A stretch of DNA of 55,877 nt, filler included, from Thelocarpon superellum (taxonomy: Eukaryota), in the NCBI GenBank assembly GCA_026025795.1. It is 2 parts of 2 records of this genome, joined end to end, with 100 filler letters (N's around TTAATTAATTAA, not from the genome) between each part and the next. Parts side by side here need not be neighbours in the genome. Positions count along the whole stretch, not along the records: positions 1 to 27,917 come from JAPEUG010000239.1; 1 more part is not named here. One strand, written 5' to 3'. This document shows positions 10,625 to 24,232 of the stretch, one piece after another. The stretch's first letter is position 1, and each line of letters starts with the position of its first letter. The position numbers and the translations under genes were made by a program. The notes under the pieces are model-generated. The model worked only from the letters and a program-made list of their open reading frames with translations, was not told the DNA's origin and ran no database searches.

Positions 10625-12682
10625 TCACCGCCCAGATGCTTTTCCCGCTCCCGGGTCCTTGCGCGAGCCGCCGTTTCCCATGTCCTCGTCATCGCTGCTG
10701 GCCCCTCCCACGCTATACCGCTCGACTTCCATCGTATCGTCCTCGTCGTGCGGAGAGTGCACGTGCAGGTCGTCGAGCTCCGTCTCATCAAAGTCGCCCG
10801 CCTCGACGTCTGGACCGTGCCGCTTATGCCGGAAGCTTTCCAGCCCCATGCCCGTGCGCGCATGTTCGCGTCCGCCGGGCCGCGACGCGCCGTTGGCGAA
10901 GCGAACGTGCCCATTGCTGGCGCCGCCGAAGCCGCCCCACAGGCCCTGGTAGCCGGCGCGGCGCCGGCGATCACGGTACACGTACCAGCCACCGGCGCCG
11001 ACGATGAGGATGACGACGACGAGCGCCACCTCGCCCGACTTGTAGTAGGCATCCCACTTCACCTGCTCGAGCTTCTCCTTCTCCTTCTCCTCCGCCACCG
11101 TGCTGTTCGGGTGCCCGCCCACGCTCGTCTCCAGCCCCTTCTCGCCGTCGATGCGGCTGTCGGCTGGTTGGCCGCCGATGCTGGCAATGTCGACGCCCAG
11201 GAAGCGGTCGAGCATGTCGCGCGTACGCCGCGGATAGTCAAAGGGCACCATGTGGCTCGAGTTGTAGAAGAGGATGTATGTCAGGTTCCGCGCCTCTTGG
11301 TAGATGCCCGCCGGCTCACCCTCAAACGTCCAGTCGCGCCGCGGCGCCCACGTGCCGGGCGAGACCTCGAAGCCCGTGCCGCCGTTCCATTTCATGTTGT
11401 GGATCAGCTCCTCCGTCCCCATGTGGTTGCAGATCAGATCCTTCTCGCCCGAAAACAGGATGACGGGCATCTGCTCGAGCAGGCCCGGCATGAGATCGAT
11501 GGACGGCTTCGACTCGCGCGTTTGGAAGTTGCCGCTAACCGCGCCGCTGCACTCCACCCAGCCGGACTCCTTGTCGCTGTTGATGTGGAGCGCCTTGATC
11601 ACGTCCGGCCGACGCAGGTAGGGCGTGACGCTCTCGAGGTCCGGGGGCCAGTTCATGCCGCAGCTGGGGTAGGAATCGCGCAGACGCACATCGTACATGT
11701 TGACACATGCCTGCTGTTCGTCCCCGTCTTGCTGCGTGAGCCGGAGGATGTCCTGCAGGATCTGCTCGCAATCGCTAATGTCCACGCGTTCTGTCCCGCC
11801 CGGGGCGTTTAGTTGACTCGTGCAGATGGCCTGCTGCGCCTCGAGCTGCTTCGCCACGGCTGACCCGCCCTCGACGAGCTTCTCCTTGTAGGCGAAGGGC
11901 AGGTACGACAGGTATTGCTCCGTCGGCGCGATCCACCCGTTGCCGATCAGCAGCCCGGCAAGCTTCCATGGATGCTTCACCTCGCCTTGGTTGCGGTCGA
12001 GGATGGCGCGAGCGATGTAGGGAATGTGCTGGCCCGCGTACGACTCGCCCGCCAGATAAATGTCGTCGTGTTCGTATTGGGGAAAGAGGGCAAAGAACTC
12101 GCGCAAGAAGATGACGAATTGGTCGGCCATCTCGGGGAGCTCGTGCAGGTAGCTGTTGGAGTCGACGTAGCTGTAGCCTGTGCCAACGGGTTGATCGACG
12201 AAGAGGAGGTTGGCAAACTCATCCCACGCGCCATCGTTGTAGGTCAGATGGCCCTCGTCCATCAGGCGGTAGGGGCCCACCTCCATCACCGCCCCATCCT
12301 CCGAGCTGCACCCGGGACCGCCGTTGAGCCAGATGACGGTGCGTTGTCGCTTCGCGATGTGGCGATTTTCGAAGTGCCAGAAGAAGAGGTGGCCGTTGTG
12401 CTCCGGATCGACGGGAATGTGTCTAGGTCAGTCGTCAGCTCCGTCGACCGACACGTGCGCCACATCGCCGGGTCCTTAGACCTACCCGGCATGCATCTTC
12501 AGCAACGGCCCACTCGGGGCGCCCGGTAATGAGTGCACAAAATACTCCGACGCCGTCTTGCCCTCTGCGACCATAGCCTCAAGTGATAGCGACAAGATGG
12601 CACCCAGTACGCCCCGTCGCAGCCATCGGTCGAGGCCATGCTCTGTTCGTCCGGGTCGGCCGCGGAAGGTGAACCAGCGCAT
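10625..12682 (-). CDS. KEX1: Pheromone/killer-toxin processing serine carboxypeptidase (S10)
   Basis: [32 protein letters not shown] and SSHMVP motifs; C-terminal TM helix and acidic tail; one intron at ~12424-12486. Confidence 0.95.
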
Positions 12683-13274
12683 GGTGGGCTAGCGGGAGAA
12701 AGGAATCAGACAGGAGATGGGAGGAATAATGGGCGCCGTCCGCGGGCGACGGGAAGATCACGACGACGCCCGGCAGCGAGGCAGAGAGGCCGGGGGCAGG
12801 CGAGGGAAGTCGAGTCAAGGGGGCCCGTGGTGCGCTCGGCATCTCATGTCGGCCGCGGGCGCTGAGGGCGCGACAGAGCGCGAGGGTGGACGACCGGGAA
12901 GCAGGTCAGGATGCGGTGGATGTGACCGGACGAGCGTGGTAGATGGAGTTGGCCGTCAAAGAACGGTCGGTCGCGGACGAGTTGACCGGAACGGGGACGC
13001 TCTGTTCGCGCTGCTCCCCGCGGTCTATCGAGACGTGGATTTGGCAAGTGGCCTAGTCCATGTGGCGTACCCAGCTTTGTCGCTTGCTCCGGCGATTATT
13101 CGCACCTCTGCACAGCACACGGGCGATCTAAGGAACAACGAGTACAAAGGACATAGCGTACGGGGACCAAAGTGCAGCGCGAGTGCCGTTGAACTTTGGT
13201 CCTCGTCCCCCCCGGTAACCGAGACGAGGGCAGTGGATTGGTGCGAGGTTCGTCGCAGCCGGCAACTGACCTAG

Positions 13275-13451
13275 TGTAGGAATCAGAGTTGTATTAGAGT
13301 GTTTTTGTCACGGATGTCATACTAGCTCTGCCGTATATCCGCGCCTCAAGCGTGAATACGGTAATTCCGGCGCTTATTGCCGACGTCATGTGATGTCGGC
13401 CCCACTGTATATAACCGTAGCTAGCTAGCTAAGTGAATGAAGCATCTTACA
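13275..13451 (+). mobile_element. Solo-LTR-like remnant, family B
   Basis: TGTAGGA...TCTTACA ends and a TATATAA. The first 21 nt are 20/21 identical to the element at 27581. Confidence 0.5.
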
Positions 13452-13677
13452 ACCCACTCATCGTAGGGTATAGCTGTCACAGTTTTTGCAGTAGAGATTG
13501 AGGCTGTTTCTGATGCTGGGTTAATTCTGTTGCTATTTGATACAAGAAAATTACTTGGGCCATTAGTGTTAAACTAGATCTGATTAAGAGCTCACATGAT
13601 ATCAAGAACTGTGATGGTCTCCACCACCTACCCTCCTTGTTCTATAGAGATCCTCTTCATACTACTATTACTACAAA

Positions 13678-13786
13678 TGTTGTGGAACAGGCAGGAGGGC
13701 ACGTAACTACATCACGTGCCCACAAGCTCAGCCATAAGTAGCTTGTATTTCTAGCTAGTTAATAAGGACAACCATTTACTACAACA
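13678..13786. mobile_element. Short solo-LTR-like remnant (TGTTGT...ACAACA)
   Basis: 6-8 bp terminal inverted repeat and a TCACGTG box, inside the AT-rich repeat patch. Confidence 0.4.
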
Positions 13787-13832
13787 TTAATAAGAATGTT
13801 CTAATAACAAAGATAAGTGATTCTCTTAATCC

Positions 13833-14089
13833 TGTGACAACAAGGCCTACAGCTAGGCAGAAACAGTAGACATTGTCAATGGGAGTTGACTCTGTGGCTC
13901 CTAGAGCTTGTAAACCTATGACTAGCCTCTTTGTGTTACTTGAGTTGAACACTGGGGCTCTGCTAGCTTGCAGCAAGGCTTGGTTTATATACAGCATGCC
14001 AGGTCATGTGCCATACCGTATGACCATCACATGACCATCACGTGATCTCTCCTATCCTCGCGGCGAGGCGTGGAGCTCCCGGCCTCACA
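13833..14089 (-). mobile_element. Solo LTR, family A copy 1 (CpG-decayed)
   Basis: TGTGA...TCACA termini; aligns end to end with the copies at 25607, 27226 and 37289. Confidence 0.85.
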
Positions 14090-15256
14090 ACCTGTGGGAG
14101 CCTGCAAATTGTCTCGTAAGATGTGTAGGACTCTCAATTTCCTCCTAGGACAGAGCTGCCTAGAATCCCAGGACCAACGAGACGACAGACCAATAATAGA
14201 CTAGTACTGATAGGAGCTGTAGCACTCAAGGTACTCTGAAACCCGCTAGCAGTCGTTGCCTTAACTGCCATTACTGACCTTGACGACCTTTGCTGCATGA
14301 ACGTCCTGCGCGCTACGATGCCACGCAGGCGGAATACTGCAACAAAGGAGCCTGTGTTCTCTCCATAGTCGTTACCGGACCCGGCGCGAGCTTCCGAATT
14401 GGGGGACCACAATTCTACTAGAATACTACTGCGGCCAACTTGAGGAAGGTCGTACAACTGAATCCTGCAGTGATAAGGATCTGTGCAGGTATCTGAGCCG
14501 CTTCCACGTCGACTGCAGTATCAGACATTGGGACGAGAGCAAGACACAGATGCGAGCTACCGATGGGTTCTCTGTTAATCTCCTGGCAAGCCTCGATGTG
14601 TTGGTATGTGCAGGGAGTGGGCGATCGGCGACCTGGCAGTAGACGTGGCTTCCCGTCTATCGCTACGGCTCAATGACGGGCAGGCTTCCCGTAAATGCGG
14701 CGTGCTGCGCCAAGCTGTCTACATGCGTTCCTCGACCACCTCCATGAATTACGCGGAACTTGAATAGAGGATCACCAAGCACCTTTCCTGTCAGCCCCTT
14801 CCACGATCCAATACCGGTTTTGTCATCCTCCAACGGGAACGCCTGTACTCTGTCCCTCGCTGGTTTATGCGGCAGCCACTGCGACACGAGATCCACGCAC
14901 ATTCTACCCACAGACCGGGTCTCCTTCTGTTCCCATTGAAACAGATATGGCACAGACACGCATATGATGCGCGTGCTTGGAGCGAAATGGCGCCATGGGT
15001 CCTCAAGATCGGTGGACCTGGACGAAAATGCCTTGACTAGTGTCCAGGGTGGCCCGACACAGATGGCATACTACTTAACATGACGGCTTCGCCATCGATT
15101 TCCGGAGCTTTGGTGCTGAAAGTGCGTGTTCCTTGTCTTCTGCGTATGGCGCAACGTGGAACGGCCTAGAGCGCGACCGACGAGGTCGCATCGCGCTCAT
15201 CGCCTCGTTGCGTTGTTCTTTTTATCCGTCTTTCCTACCCGATCAATGGTGCAACC

Positions 15257-18200
15257 ATGCTGTCATCCTGCGCTCAATCGGTCTGGGCTGTCGATGATTT
15301 CACACTGTGCTTTCAAAACGAGTGAGCTCCTCTCCGTCCTCATCCGCTGTGTGTTGCGTGACTGATCACGCGTGCAGTGTTCTCCGTGTCCTTATCCCGC
15401 TCACCGCATGCCTTCTCTCCGCCGTGCTCTTGGCCGCGTGCTCCGTGCACTCTGCATTTGCCGTAATGCCTGTGGCGGCCCAGACCTCGCAGCCCAAGGA
15501 GCATGAAGACAACCAGAGCGAGGAAGCGGAAGGCCTGCTGGAGTACGATCGTGATGATGCTGACACACACCCTCCCTATCCTAGCGTAGCTGCGGGTGAG
15601 TCAGGCTGGACAGAGCACCGTGGGAGCCAAAGAGAGGTCCTTTCGCCTCGGCCCCTGCCAATCTCGATGCTCGTCGAAGTAGGGGCCGTGTTCGCAGAGG
15701 TCATCCTCCAGCTGGCCACCCTCTGGCTCCATGCCAATCGTCGTCGAGGCGGTGCAGCGGCGGCGGTAGGCTTGGTGACGTGGTGCTACGTCCTCCTCCT
15801 GACGTCCACGCGTTTGCTTCGAGCGCGCTCGCCACGTCCTCCCTCCCAAGACACGTTGGCCCATACCACTCTCCTCTACGGTATCCTGTGGCTATGTAGC
15901 GTGATCATCCTTCGATCACATCTGATTCACCCGCGCTCCCCCCTTGCTCAAGCCGTCGCCGTCGCCGACGGTGCCCTGCTGACCCTCTTAGCTGCTCTGG
16001 CGGCCGGGAAAGGAGGCGACGTCGTCGTGGGCGTCGAGACGGAGCAGACCGCCTCGCCATCTAGGGAGCCGCTCGCCAGCCTTTTCTCCCGCGCCAGCTT
16101 CTCCTGGGCTGATGACATCGTGTGGACGGGCTATCATAAGACGCTCGAGCTCGCCGACGTGTGGAGCCTGGCACCGCCGGACAGGGCGAGCGCCATCGTG
16201 CGCGACTTCCGCCAGGTGAAGTCCGTTCCCTGCTCCATCTTCCCCCCAGCGGTGCCATCACATCCATGCTGACGCCTCGTTGCAGGAGAACCTCGGACTT
16301 GAGCTGGCACCTCCTCAGGCACACTCGACGCCGCTTTCTCATTCAAGCCGCCTGGGCCGTCGTCTCCGGCCTGTTGACATTTGCCCCTACGCTACTCCTC
16401 CAAGCCATTCTACGCTATCTGGAGGATCCGACGCAGAGCTCGCCCAACGTCGCCTGGCTTTTCGTTATCCTGCTTTTGCTTTCGGGCTGTTGCAAAGCCA
16501 TCGCCGATGGACAAAGCAAGTGGATCGGTCGGAAGATGTCGCTCACCATCCGAGCAGTCCTCGTCGAGGGGATCTACGCCAAGGCGCTGCGACGTCATGC
16601 TGCGACGCGCTCGAACGAGATTCCATACGAAAGCAAGGTCAGTGCCGCGCCGTCGAGCTGGCTTGACCAATTCATCTCCCGCCTCATGCCTACGGCCCCC
16701 GAGTCGCAGCCGAGGAAGGCGTCACAGGAAGGGCCGGCCCCCGCTCAAGCCAGCGTGGGCACCATTATCAATCTGATGGCCGTGGATTGTGGTAACGTCA
16801 TCGAAGCCACCACCTATCTCTACTCCCTCTGCACCCTCGCTCCAGTGCAATTCACCGTCGCCATCGTCTTACTCTATCGCATCCTCGGCTTCAGCGCCAT
16901 CGTAGGCGTGATGATCATGCTGCTCATGGTGCCCATCAATCTGGCCATCTCCAAAGGCTTCGGCCGGATTCAGTCCCAGCTGATGGCGGCTACCGACGCG
17001 CGGATGCAGGCGACAAACGAGGTCCTGCAGAACCTTCGCGTTGTCAAATACTTTGCCTGGGAGACACGATGTGGTCAGTCGATCGACCAGGAGAGAAGGG
17101 CAGAGTTGCGCGTGATCCAGGAGCGATGTATCTTGTGGTTGATCGCGGCCACCGTGTGGTTTGGCGCCCCACTGATCATCACCTTCATGTCGTTCCTGCT
17201 ATACACCATGGTCGAAAAGAAAGACCTCCTTCCCTCCATCGCGTTTCCAGCCCTCTCTCTCTTCACCCTCCTTCGCCTCCCCCTGGACCAATTGACCAAC
17301 ACCGTAGCCAAGGTGCAGGAAGCTCACGTGTCGGTCAATCGCATCGAGAAATTTCTTGCAGAAGCGGAGACGGACAAATATCAGCAGCTAGAGGATGAGG
17401 AGGAGAAGCGCATGGGTCCAGTGATCGGGCTGAAGAACGCGACTTTGACCTGGGGGGGTCGAGCGGATGCCCACGCATCACGGCCCTTCACGCTCGCCCG
17501 CATGAACATCGACTTCGTCGTGGGCGGGTTAAACTTGATCATCGGGCCGACCGGGTCAGGGAAGACGTCGCTGCTCATGGCCTTGCTCGGAGAGATGAGC
17601 CTGCGACACGGGACCGTCTTCCTTCCCCAGACGCTCCGCCGCGAGACCTTGCGGCCCGATCCAGCGACTGGTCTTACAGACGGCGTGGCCTACTGCGCGC
17701 AACAAGCGTGGCTTCTCAATGCGACGATCAGGCACAACATCCTCTTTGGCCGCCCCTACGATGAAGATCGCTACCGGGAGGTGCTCGTGGCGTGCGCACT
17801 CGAGCATGACCTGGACATCTTGGACGCTGGCGATGCTACCTTGGTCGGCGAGAAGGGCGTGACCTTGTCCGGTGGTCAGAAGCAGCGTGTTGCCCTGGCT
17901 CGGGCGCTGTATTCGACGGCACGACACCTGCTGTTGGACGACTGCCTCAGCGCCGTCGACGCCCACACAGGCAAGTGGATCTTCGATCGTGGCATCCGAG
18001 GGCGTCTCATGGCCGATCGGACATGCATCCTGGTTACGCACGACACCGCCCTGTGTCTGCCGCACGCGCGACACATCGTGACCCTGGACCAGGGCTCGAT
18101 CACGGCGCAGGGCCCACCGGCCGCCATCTGGGCCTCGGGCGTGCTGGGTGACGAGGCACTGCATGGGAGATCAGCATCCGAAGCGGAAGGTGCGGCTCCG

Positions 18201-20320
18201 CGCCGCGCGACACGAGAGCGAGTGGCACGTCCCCCGCCGACCGTCGGCGAAAGGGACGGTACCCCCCCGGGCGCCGCCGAGCGGAACGGCGCCGCGGCGT
18301 ACCCCGAGGGCCAGAGGGTCGGTCAGGTGCGATGGAAGGTTATCCGGCTGTATCTCACCAGCATGGGCCCTTGGTACTACTGGGTGGGTGTCGTCGGCAT
18401 CTGTATCGGCAAGGAATGCAGCACGCTGGCGACCCAGATCTGGATCCAATCGTGGGCCGACGCCTCTCAGTCGGCCCGACCCATTGGGGGTGCACCACGG
18501 CGGTCATCCGAGGTGGACGGGTCCTATTATCTGGGGGGGCTTGCGCTGATCGGGCTCATCGCCGTGCTCGTCTCGCTGAGCAAGGAGGCGGCTCTCTTCG
18601 TAGGGTGCCTCCGCGCGTCCACGACGCTCCATCGGCAACTCGTGGCGTCGGTGAGCCATGCGGTGTTTTCCTTTGTGGACTCGACTCCTCTGGGCCAGCT
18701 CACGAATCGCTTCTCCAAAGACATGGACATGGTCGATCATCAGGTGGCACAGTCCGCCATTGCGGTGCTCCACTGTCTCATCGGCATCCTAGCGGTCATC
18801 ATCTTGACGTCGGTGATCACGCCGACCTTCCTGGTGGTTGCCATCCCAGTGTGTGTCCTGTATTTTGTCATCGGCCGATTCTACATCGGGTCGGCGAGGG
18901 ATCTGAAGCGGTTGGAGTCGATCCAACGAAGTCCGCTTTATCAGCATTTCGGCGACACGCTGTCGGGCATCACCACCATTCGTGCGTACGGTCACGAGCA
19001 ACGCTTTGTGCAGGAGGCATTGCGACACGTCGACCAATACAGCCGGCCCAGCCTCTTCATGTGGGCGACGAACCAATGGCTCGCGTTTCGGGTCGACGTC
19101 GTGGGCGCGCTGGTGACCTTTTGTGCCAGCGCGCTCATCATCTCCGACGCCGGGACGATCAGCGCCGGTGCGGCCGGCCTGTGCCTCACCTACGCCGTCG
19201 GCTTCACCGAAAACGTGCTCTGGTTGGTCCAGTTGTACGGGATCAATGAGCAGAATATCAACTCGTGAGTCTGGGACACGATCGTGCGACGTCCCGCTGA
19301 CTGGTCATAGGGTGGAGCGGATTCAGGAGTATCTCGAGATCGAACAGGAAGGTGGGGGACGTGCGCCAGCGCCGCCTCTGCCCGCAGGATGGCCAATGAC
19401 GGGAGCGGTCCGGTGTCGCGACTACTCCGCCCGATACCGACGAGACCTGCCCCTGGTGCTGGACCAGGTCACCTTCTGCATTCGCCCGTTGCAGAAGGTG
19501 GGGGTCGTGGGACGGACGGGTGCGGGGAAGAGTTCGCTAGCCATGGCGCTCTTGCGCGGGGTGGAAGGGGAGGAGGGAAGTATCGAGATTGACGATGTGG
19601 AGATTGGGACCATGGGGCTCCAGGACTTGCGGAAGATGGTCGCATTCGTCCCTCAAGGTGGGTTCGCGCACATTCTCGACGCCAGGCTACGCGTGGCTCT
19701 ACGCTCACACCCGCACAGACCCCACCCTCTTCCGGGGAACGATCCGGAGCAACCTCGATCCCTTCAACACCCACCCGGATGAGGATGTCTTCACCGCGTT
19801 GCGACAAGTCCAGCTGATCGAATCCCCAGCAGTGACGCCCGCCTCGTCGCATCTTTTGCCTCTGGGTCAAGCGTCGAATTGCGAGGCTCCTGGCCCACCG
19901 GCCGGCAACATCTTCCTCCGCCTGGACTCGCCGGTAACAGAACAGGGAGGCAACCTGTCGCAAGGACAGAAGCAACTTCTCTGCCTCGCCCGCGCCATCC
20001 TCCGGAAGCCGAAGCTGATCGTGATGGACGAAGCGACGGCGTCGATCGACCATGCCACCGATGCGAAGCTCCAGGCGACGATGCGGGAGGAAGTGCACAG
20101 CACCATCATCACCATCGCCCATCGTCTCCACACCGTCATCGATTACGACCGCATCTTGGTGCTTGACCGCGGCAAGGTCCAGGAGTACCAGCACCCGTGG
20201 ATGCTGCTCCAGGACGAGAACAGTCTCTTCCGCGCCCTGTGCGAAGCGACGGGCGATCTGACCACGCTGCAGGCGATGGCGGAGAAGGCATGGCGCGAAC
20301 GAGGCGAAGGAGATTGCTGA
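15257..20320 (+). CDS. ABCC/MRP-type ABC transporter, YBT1-like (5 exons)
   Basis: N-terminus MLSSCAQSVWAVDDFTLCFQ. NBD1: GPTGSGKT, LSGGQKQR, LLLDD. NBD2: GRTGAGKS, NLSQGQKQ, VMDEATAS. Two TMDs. Introns ~15322-15377, 16217-16286, 19266-19310 and 19658-19718 explain the ORF breaks. Confidence 0.93.
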
Positions 20321-21655
20321 GACGGCTGGGGCGGAGCATCAGGGTGTCGTGTGTTGTTGATGCGCTATGCGTACGAAGTGGACCTGCTTTGCCTATGTCG
20401 TAGGCGTGGCGCACGCAGGTCGCTTGTCTCCTCGAGTTGACGCCTGTATTATACTGTGGGAGGCTCCATACGGGAGCTCGAGGCTGCTGACCAAGCCGCC
20501 GCACGTGACCCACCACAGCTGTATATCACAACGACGGATAGCTTCCGGAGAATAGACCACCCATCTCCAGTCTAGTTTTCGGGGTGCGTCGATACCATGA
20601 CAGTATTGTTCGTACAGCCGCGACTCCCCATAGCCGAGCATCAGAAGTCTTGCTACAAGTTCAAATTGTTGGCCTTATGTATCTCCAGCAAGAAACTTCT
20701 TCTGCACATCCCAACATGGGATTCATCATGCTACAGGCTTGTGTACATTCCCTGTGCTCTCTGGTGCATTAACTACTGGCCCAGTAGGCCAAAAATATAC
20801 AATCTGTTGATGTATGAAGGCAACTTGGCTTCGCCTGAACATACCGTAACTTTTGAGGCGTCGGCGACCGAAATCGCAAGTGTACGGATACTACTGTCCT
20901 ATAGCTGTAGCTTGTCCAAGAACGCCTCGGTCCAGCCAGATTCAGCGCCACGTCCACGTCCAGTCCCCACTCGAATCCCAACTCTCGGATAGAGTGTAGC
21001 TCATATGATGTCGAGAGAAGGCGGTGATACCGTGGATGACCTGAGCTGCAAGTGAGGGCACATGTTCAGGGACACACGGAGCGTGGCACAGAACGTTGTA
21101 GACTAGGTACTGCCGCCTTCACGTCAGAGGCTCCATGTCACCAAGGGCACGGGCCTGGAGAGAGATGCTACCAGCACCACACCATTCCAACTGGCCGCCT
21201 TGGATCGCGCGCACACGTCAACCCAGTCGCTCAGGTGGCGGCGTTGAAGGAATAGATGAGCATCTCACAGCCTGATCCTGGCACATCAAGGCGCATCTCA
21301 CGACGAGACCGCTGTAATCCCGCACATCACTGCCGGCCCGTGCGGCGCGCGGCGTGTCGCGTGCATGTTCACCCTGTGGCTCGGTTGAGGAGGCGGCATC
21401 TCACTGACGATGGGATCGTATGTCGGCTCCAGCAAATTACCGCGCGATCAGGAAGGCCGACGTCGCCATCATCGGGGGTCATGTGCTGCCCATGTCTGCC
21501 TGTGGCCAGATCCCGGAACCCACAATGGAAGTCCTGTTCACGATGTGCCCGTCCTGCGTCGGCTCTGATATGTTACGCTACAGCCATCCAGCACAATGCT
21601 CAGCCAGGGGCCTGTCCGGCATGCGGCGCGATCGTCCGACGAGGCGACCTTCGCC

Positions 21656-24232
21656 ATGGCTGTGCCATCCAGGGCTCTCTGTGGCGGGAATTGCGAGCCG
21701 GTCCCCGTCGAGATCCGGCAAGAGAAGCATCTCATCAAGAGTACCGTCGAGATCATCGCGCCCTCCATCTCATCCGAGACCGGTGCCGATGGCGACGACA
21801 TTGTGCCTCACGTTGGGGAGAGGGTCGAGCGGAAAGGATCCACGAGTGGCGGGCACTCCATCCGGCATGATCCTGATCGCACGCCTCCGGCCCGGCGATC
21901 GATCCGTCTAGAGACGGCAAGAGACATCGCCACACACGTGTTGGACGTGACCGACGATCCCACGCGCAATCCCTGGACGTTTCGTCTGTGGTTCTTGGGT
22001 GAGTTGAAGGCGCTTGCTGGAGACGCTCGTCGGAGAGGGAGGCTAAGCGGTGATGCCAGGGATCGGTCTGGGCTCCTTTGGCTCGGTGCTGGCCACCATC
22101 TTCTTCTTCAAGCCGCAAGTCGTCAGCGTGTCCGTCATCTTCTTGGCCGTCGTCAGTCATGTCATGGGCAACGCCATGGCCCAGATGCTCCCGCGCACCG
22201 GTTGGTCCGGTCGGTGGCTCAACCCCCATCCATTCCACCGGAAAGAGCACGTGGCCATCATCATCATGGCCTCCTCGGCCGCCACGTGCGCCTATGGTAT
22301 CGAGGCGCTGGCCGTACGACAGCTGTGGTATGCGTCGTCACCCAACGCGGCCGAGTCCATCTTGCTTCTCTTCTCGTCCCAGCTCCTCGGCTACGGCATC
22401 GGCGGGCTCCTCCGTCAGACCCTCGTCTATCCCACGAGGATGCTCTACCCCGTCGTGCTGCCCATCATGGCCATGGTCGACACGCTGGATGGCGATCGGA
22501 CGATGGCCTCGGTGAGGCCCGCGGCGTCGGTGCGCTTGCGCCTCTTCTACGCCATCTTCGCCGTGGTGTTCGTCTGGGAGGCCTTTCCGCAGTATCTCAT
22601 GCCCATCATGACCGGCCTCAGCGTGTTTTGCCTAACCCATCGCGACGACCAGACCATCACCAACATCTTCGGCGGCAGCAATGGCAACGAGGGCCTCGGC
22701 CTGCTGTCGCTCTGTCTGGACTGGCAGTACATCGCCCGGTCCATGTCCCCGCTGTGGGTGCCCCTGCCCACGTTGGTCAACAGCTGCATGGGCTACGTCA
22801 TCGGTCTTGTTGTCCTGGCGGCGGCCTTCTATGGCCACCTCTGGCGCGCCCAGGACTTTCCCTTCCTGTCGCAGCTACTCTTCTCGCCCGAATCAAATGC
22901 GACGCGGTATGTGCCGTATAATCAATCGGCCATCTTGGGACCCACCAACGAGGTAAATGTGAGCGCGCTCGACCTGGACCGACTTCCTTACTTCTCCACG
23001 GCCCATGTGCTCTATCTGATCACGACGAATCTTGCGGCCATGGCCACCGTCACCCACATCCTTCTCTGGCATTATGACGACCTCAGCTCGGCCTGGTCGT
23101 GTCTGGCGTCGACGCCGCTCGACCGCCTTTTTCGGCGATGGCGATGGGGCCGGGGTGCCGGGAGGCGTGCACATGCCGCTCTGGACGATGAGGCAACGCG
23201 GGATCCGCATTTTCAGCTCATGCGGGCATATGACGAGGTCCCGATCTGGTGGTACCTCGTGGTGCTTGGGCTGTCCATCCTGGTCGGCATGGTCTGTCTC
23301 CGCCAGGTCGAGTCGGGCCTGCCGTGGTGGGGCTTTCTGCTCGCCGTCGCGATCGCAGCCGTATCCATCGTCTTCTTTGGCATGCAGTGGGCTATCACGG
23401 GCTACAGCTTCGGCATCCAGCCCGTCGTGCAGATGATCGCCGGCTATTGTCTGGTGGGCAAGCCGGTGGCTAATATGTACTTCACCTTGTTTGCCTTCAA
23501 CTCCGCCTCACAAGGGCAGATCTTGCTCAAGGACCTGAAGTTGGGCCAGTACGCGAAGCTGAGCCCCAAGTGCACCTTTACCGCCCAATTCGTCGGCACC
23601 ATCGTGGGCGCCATTCTCAACTACGTCATGATGAACAGCATCGTCTCCAGTCAGCGCGTGATCTTCTTATCCGTCGAGGGAACGACGGTGTGGTCCGGCC
23701 AGAACGTGCAGCAGTACAACTCGCAGGTACTCCATCCCCTTCCTCCCCTTGCCCTCCCACGCACGTCCCCGCCTGACCCAACTAGGCCATCGCCTGGGGC
23801 GCCTTTGCCAGAGAGTTATTCTCTATCGGCGGACGCTATCAGTGGGTGACGCTGGCCTTCCTGATCGGGCTGGCGCTGCCCTTCCCAGCCTGGTTCTTGC
23901 ACCGCCGCTTCCCGCGCGCCGGCCTGCAGCACGTGAACACCGCCATCATCTCATATAATATCGGTGCGCTCTCGGCCAGCATCAATGCGGCGAATCTATC
24001 CTACTACGCCGTGGGCTTCTTCAGCCAATTCTATCTCCGGCGCTACCAGGCCGCGTGGTTCGTGCGGTACAATTACCTGGTGTCGGCCGCCATGGACAGT
24101 GGGACGGAGGTCCTCGTCTTTATCTTGACCTTTGCCGTCCAGGGGGCGAGTGGATCCGCCGTGCGCTTTCCGCGCTACTGGGGCAATAATCGTGGTGGGA
24201 ACTCGGATTATTGCGCCTTGCGTGCTGCTTGA
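21656..24232 (+). CDS. OPT-family oligopeptide transporter (3 exons)
   Basis: DDPTRNPWTFRLWFLG, LNPHPFHRKEH, SQLLGYG, DPHFQLMRAYDEVPIWWY, DLKLGQYAKL and YNYLVSAAMD motifs. Introns ~21999-22060 and 23727-23786. Confidence 0.93.

Noticed and set aside
10532..12529. Long plus-strand ORFs (426 aa, 204 aa)
   Set aside because: Antisense shadows of the GC-rich KEX1 coding sequence; no independent motifs.
14100..15050. Short ORFs upstream of the ABC transporter
   Set aside because: No recognisable motif or consistent exon chain; possibly decayed sequence but unsupported.
15257..24232. Apparent frameshifts splitting the ABC and OPT transporters
   Set aside because: Each break coincides with a canonical GT..CTRAC..AG intron, so the genes look intact.
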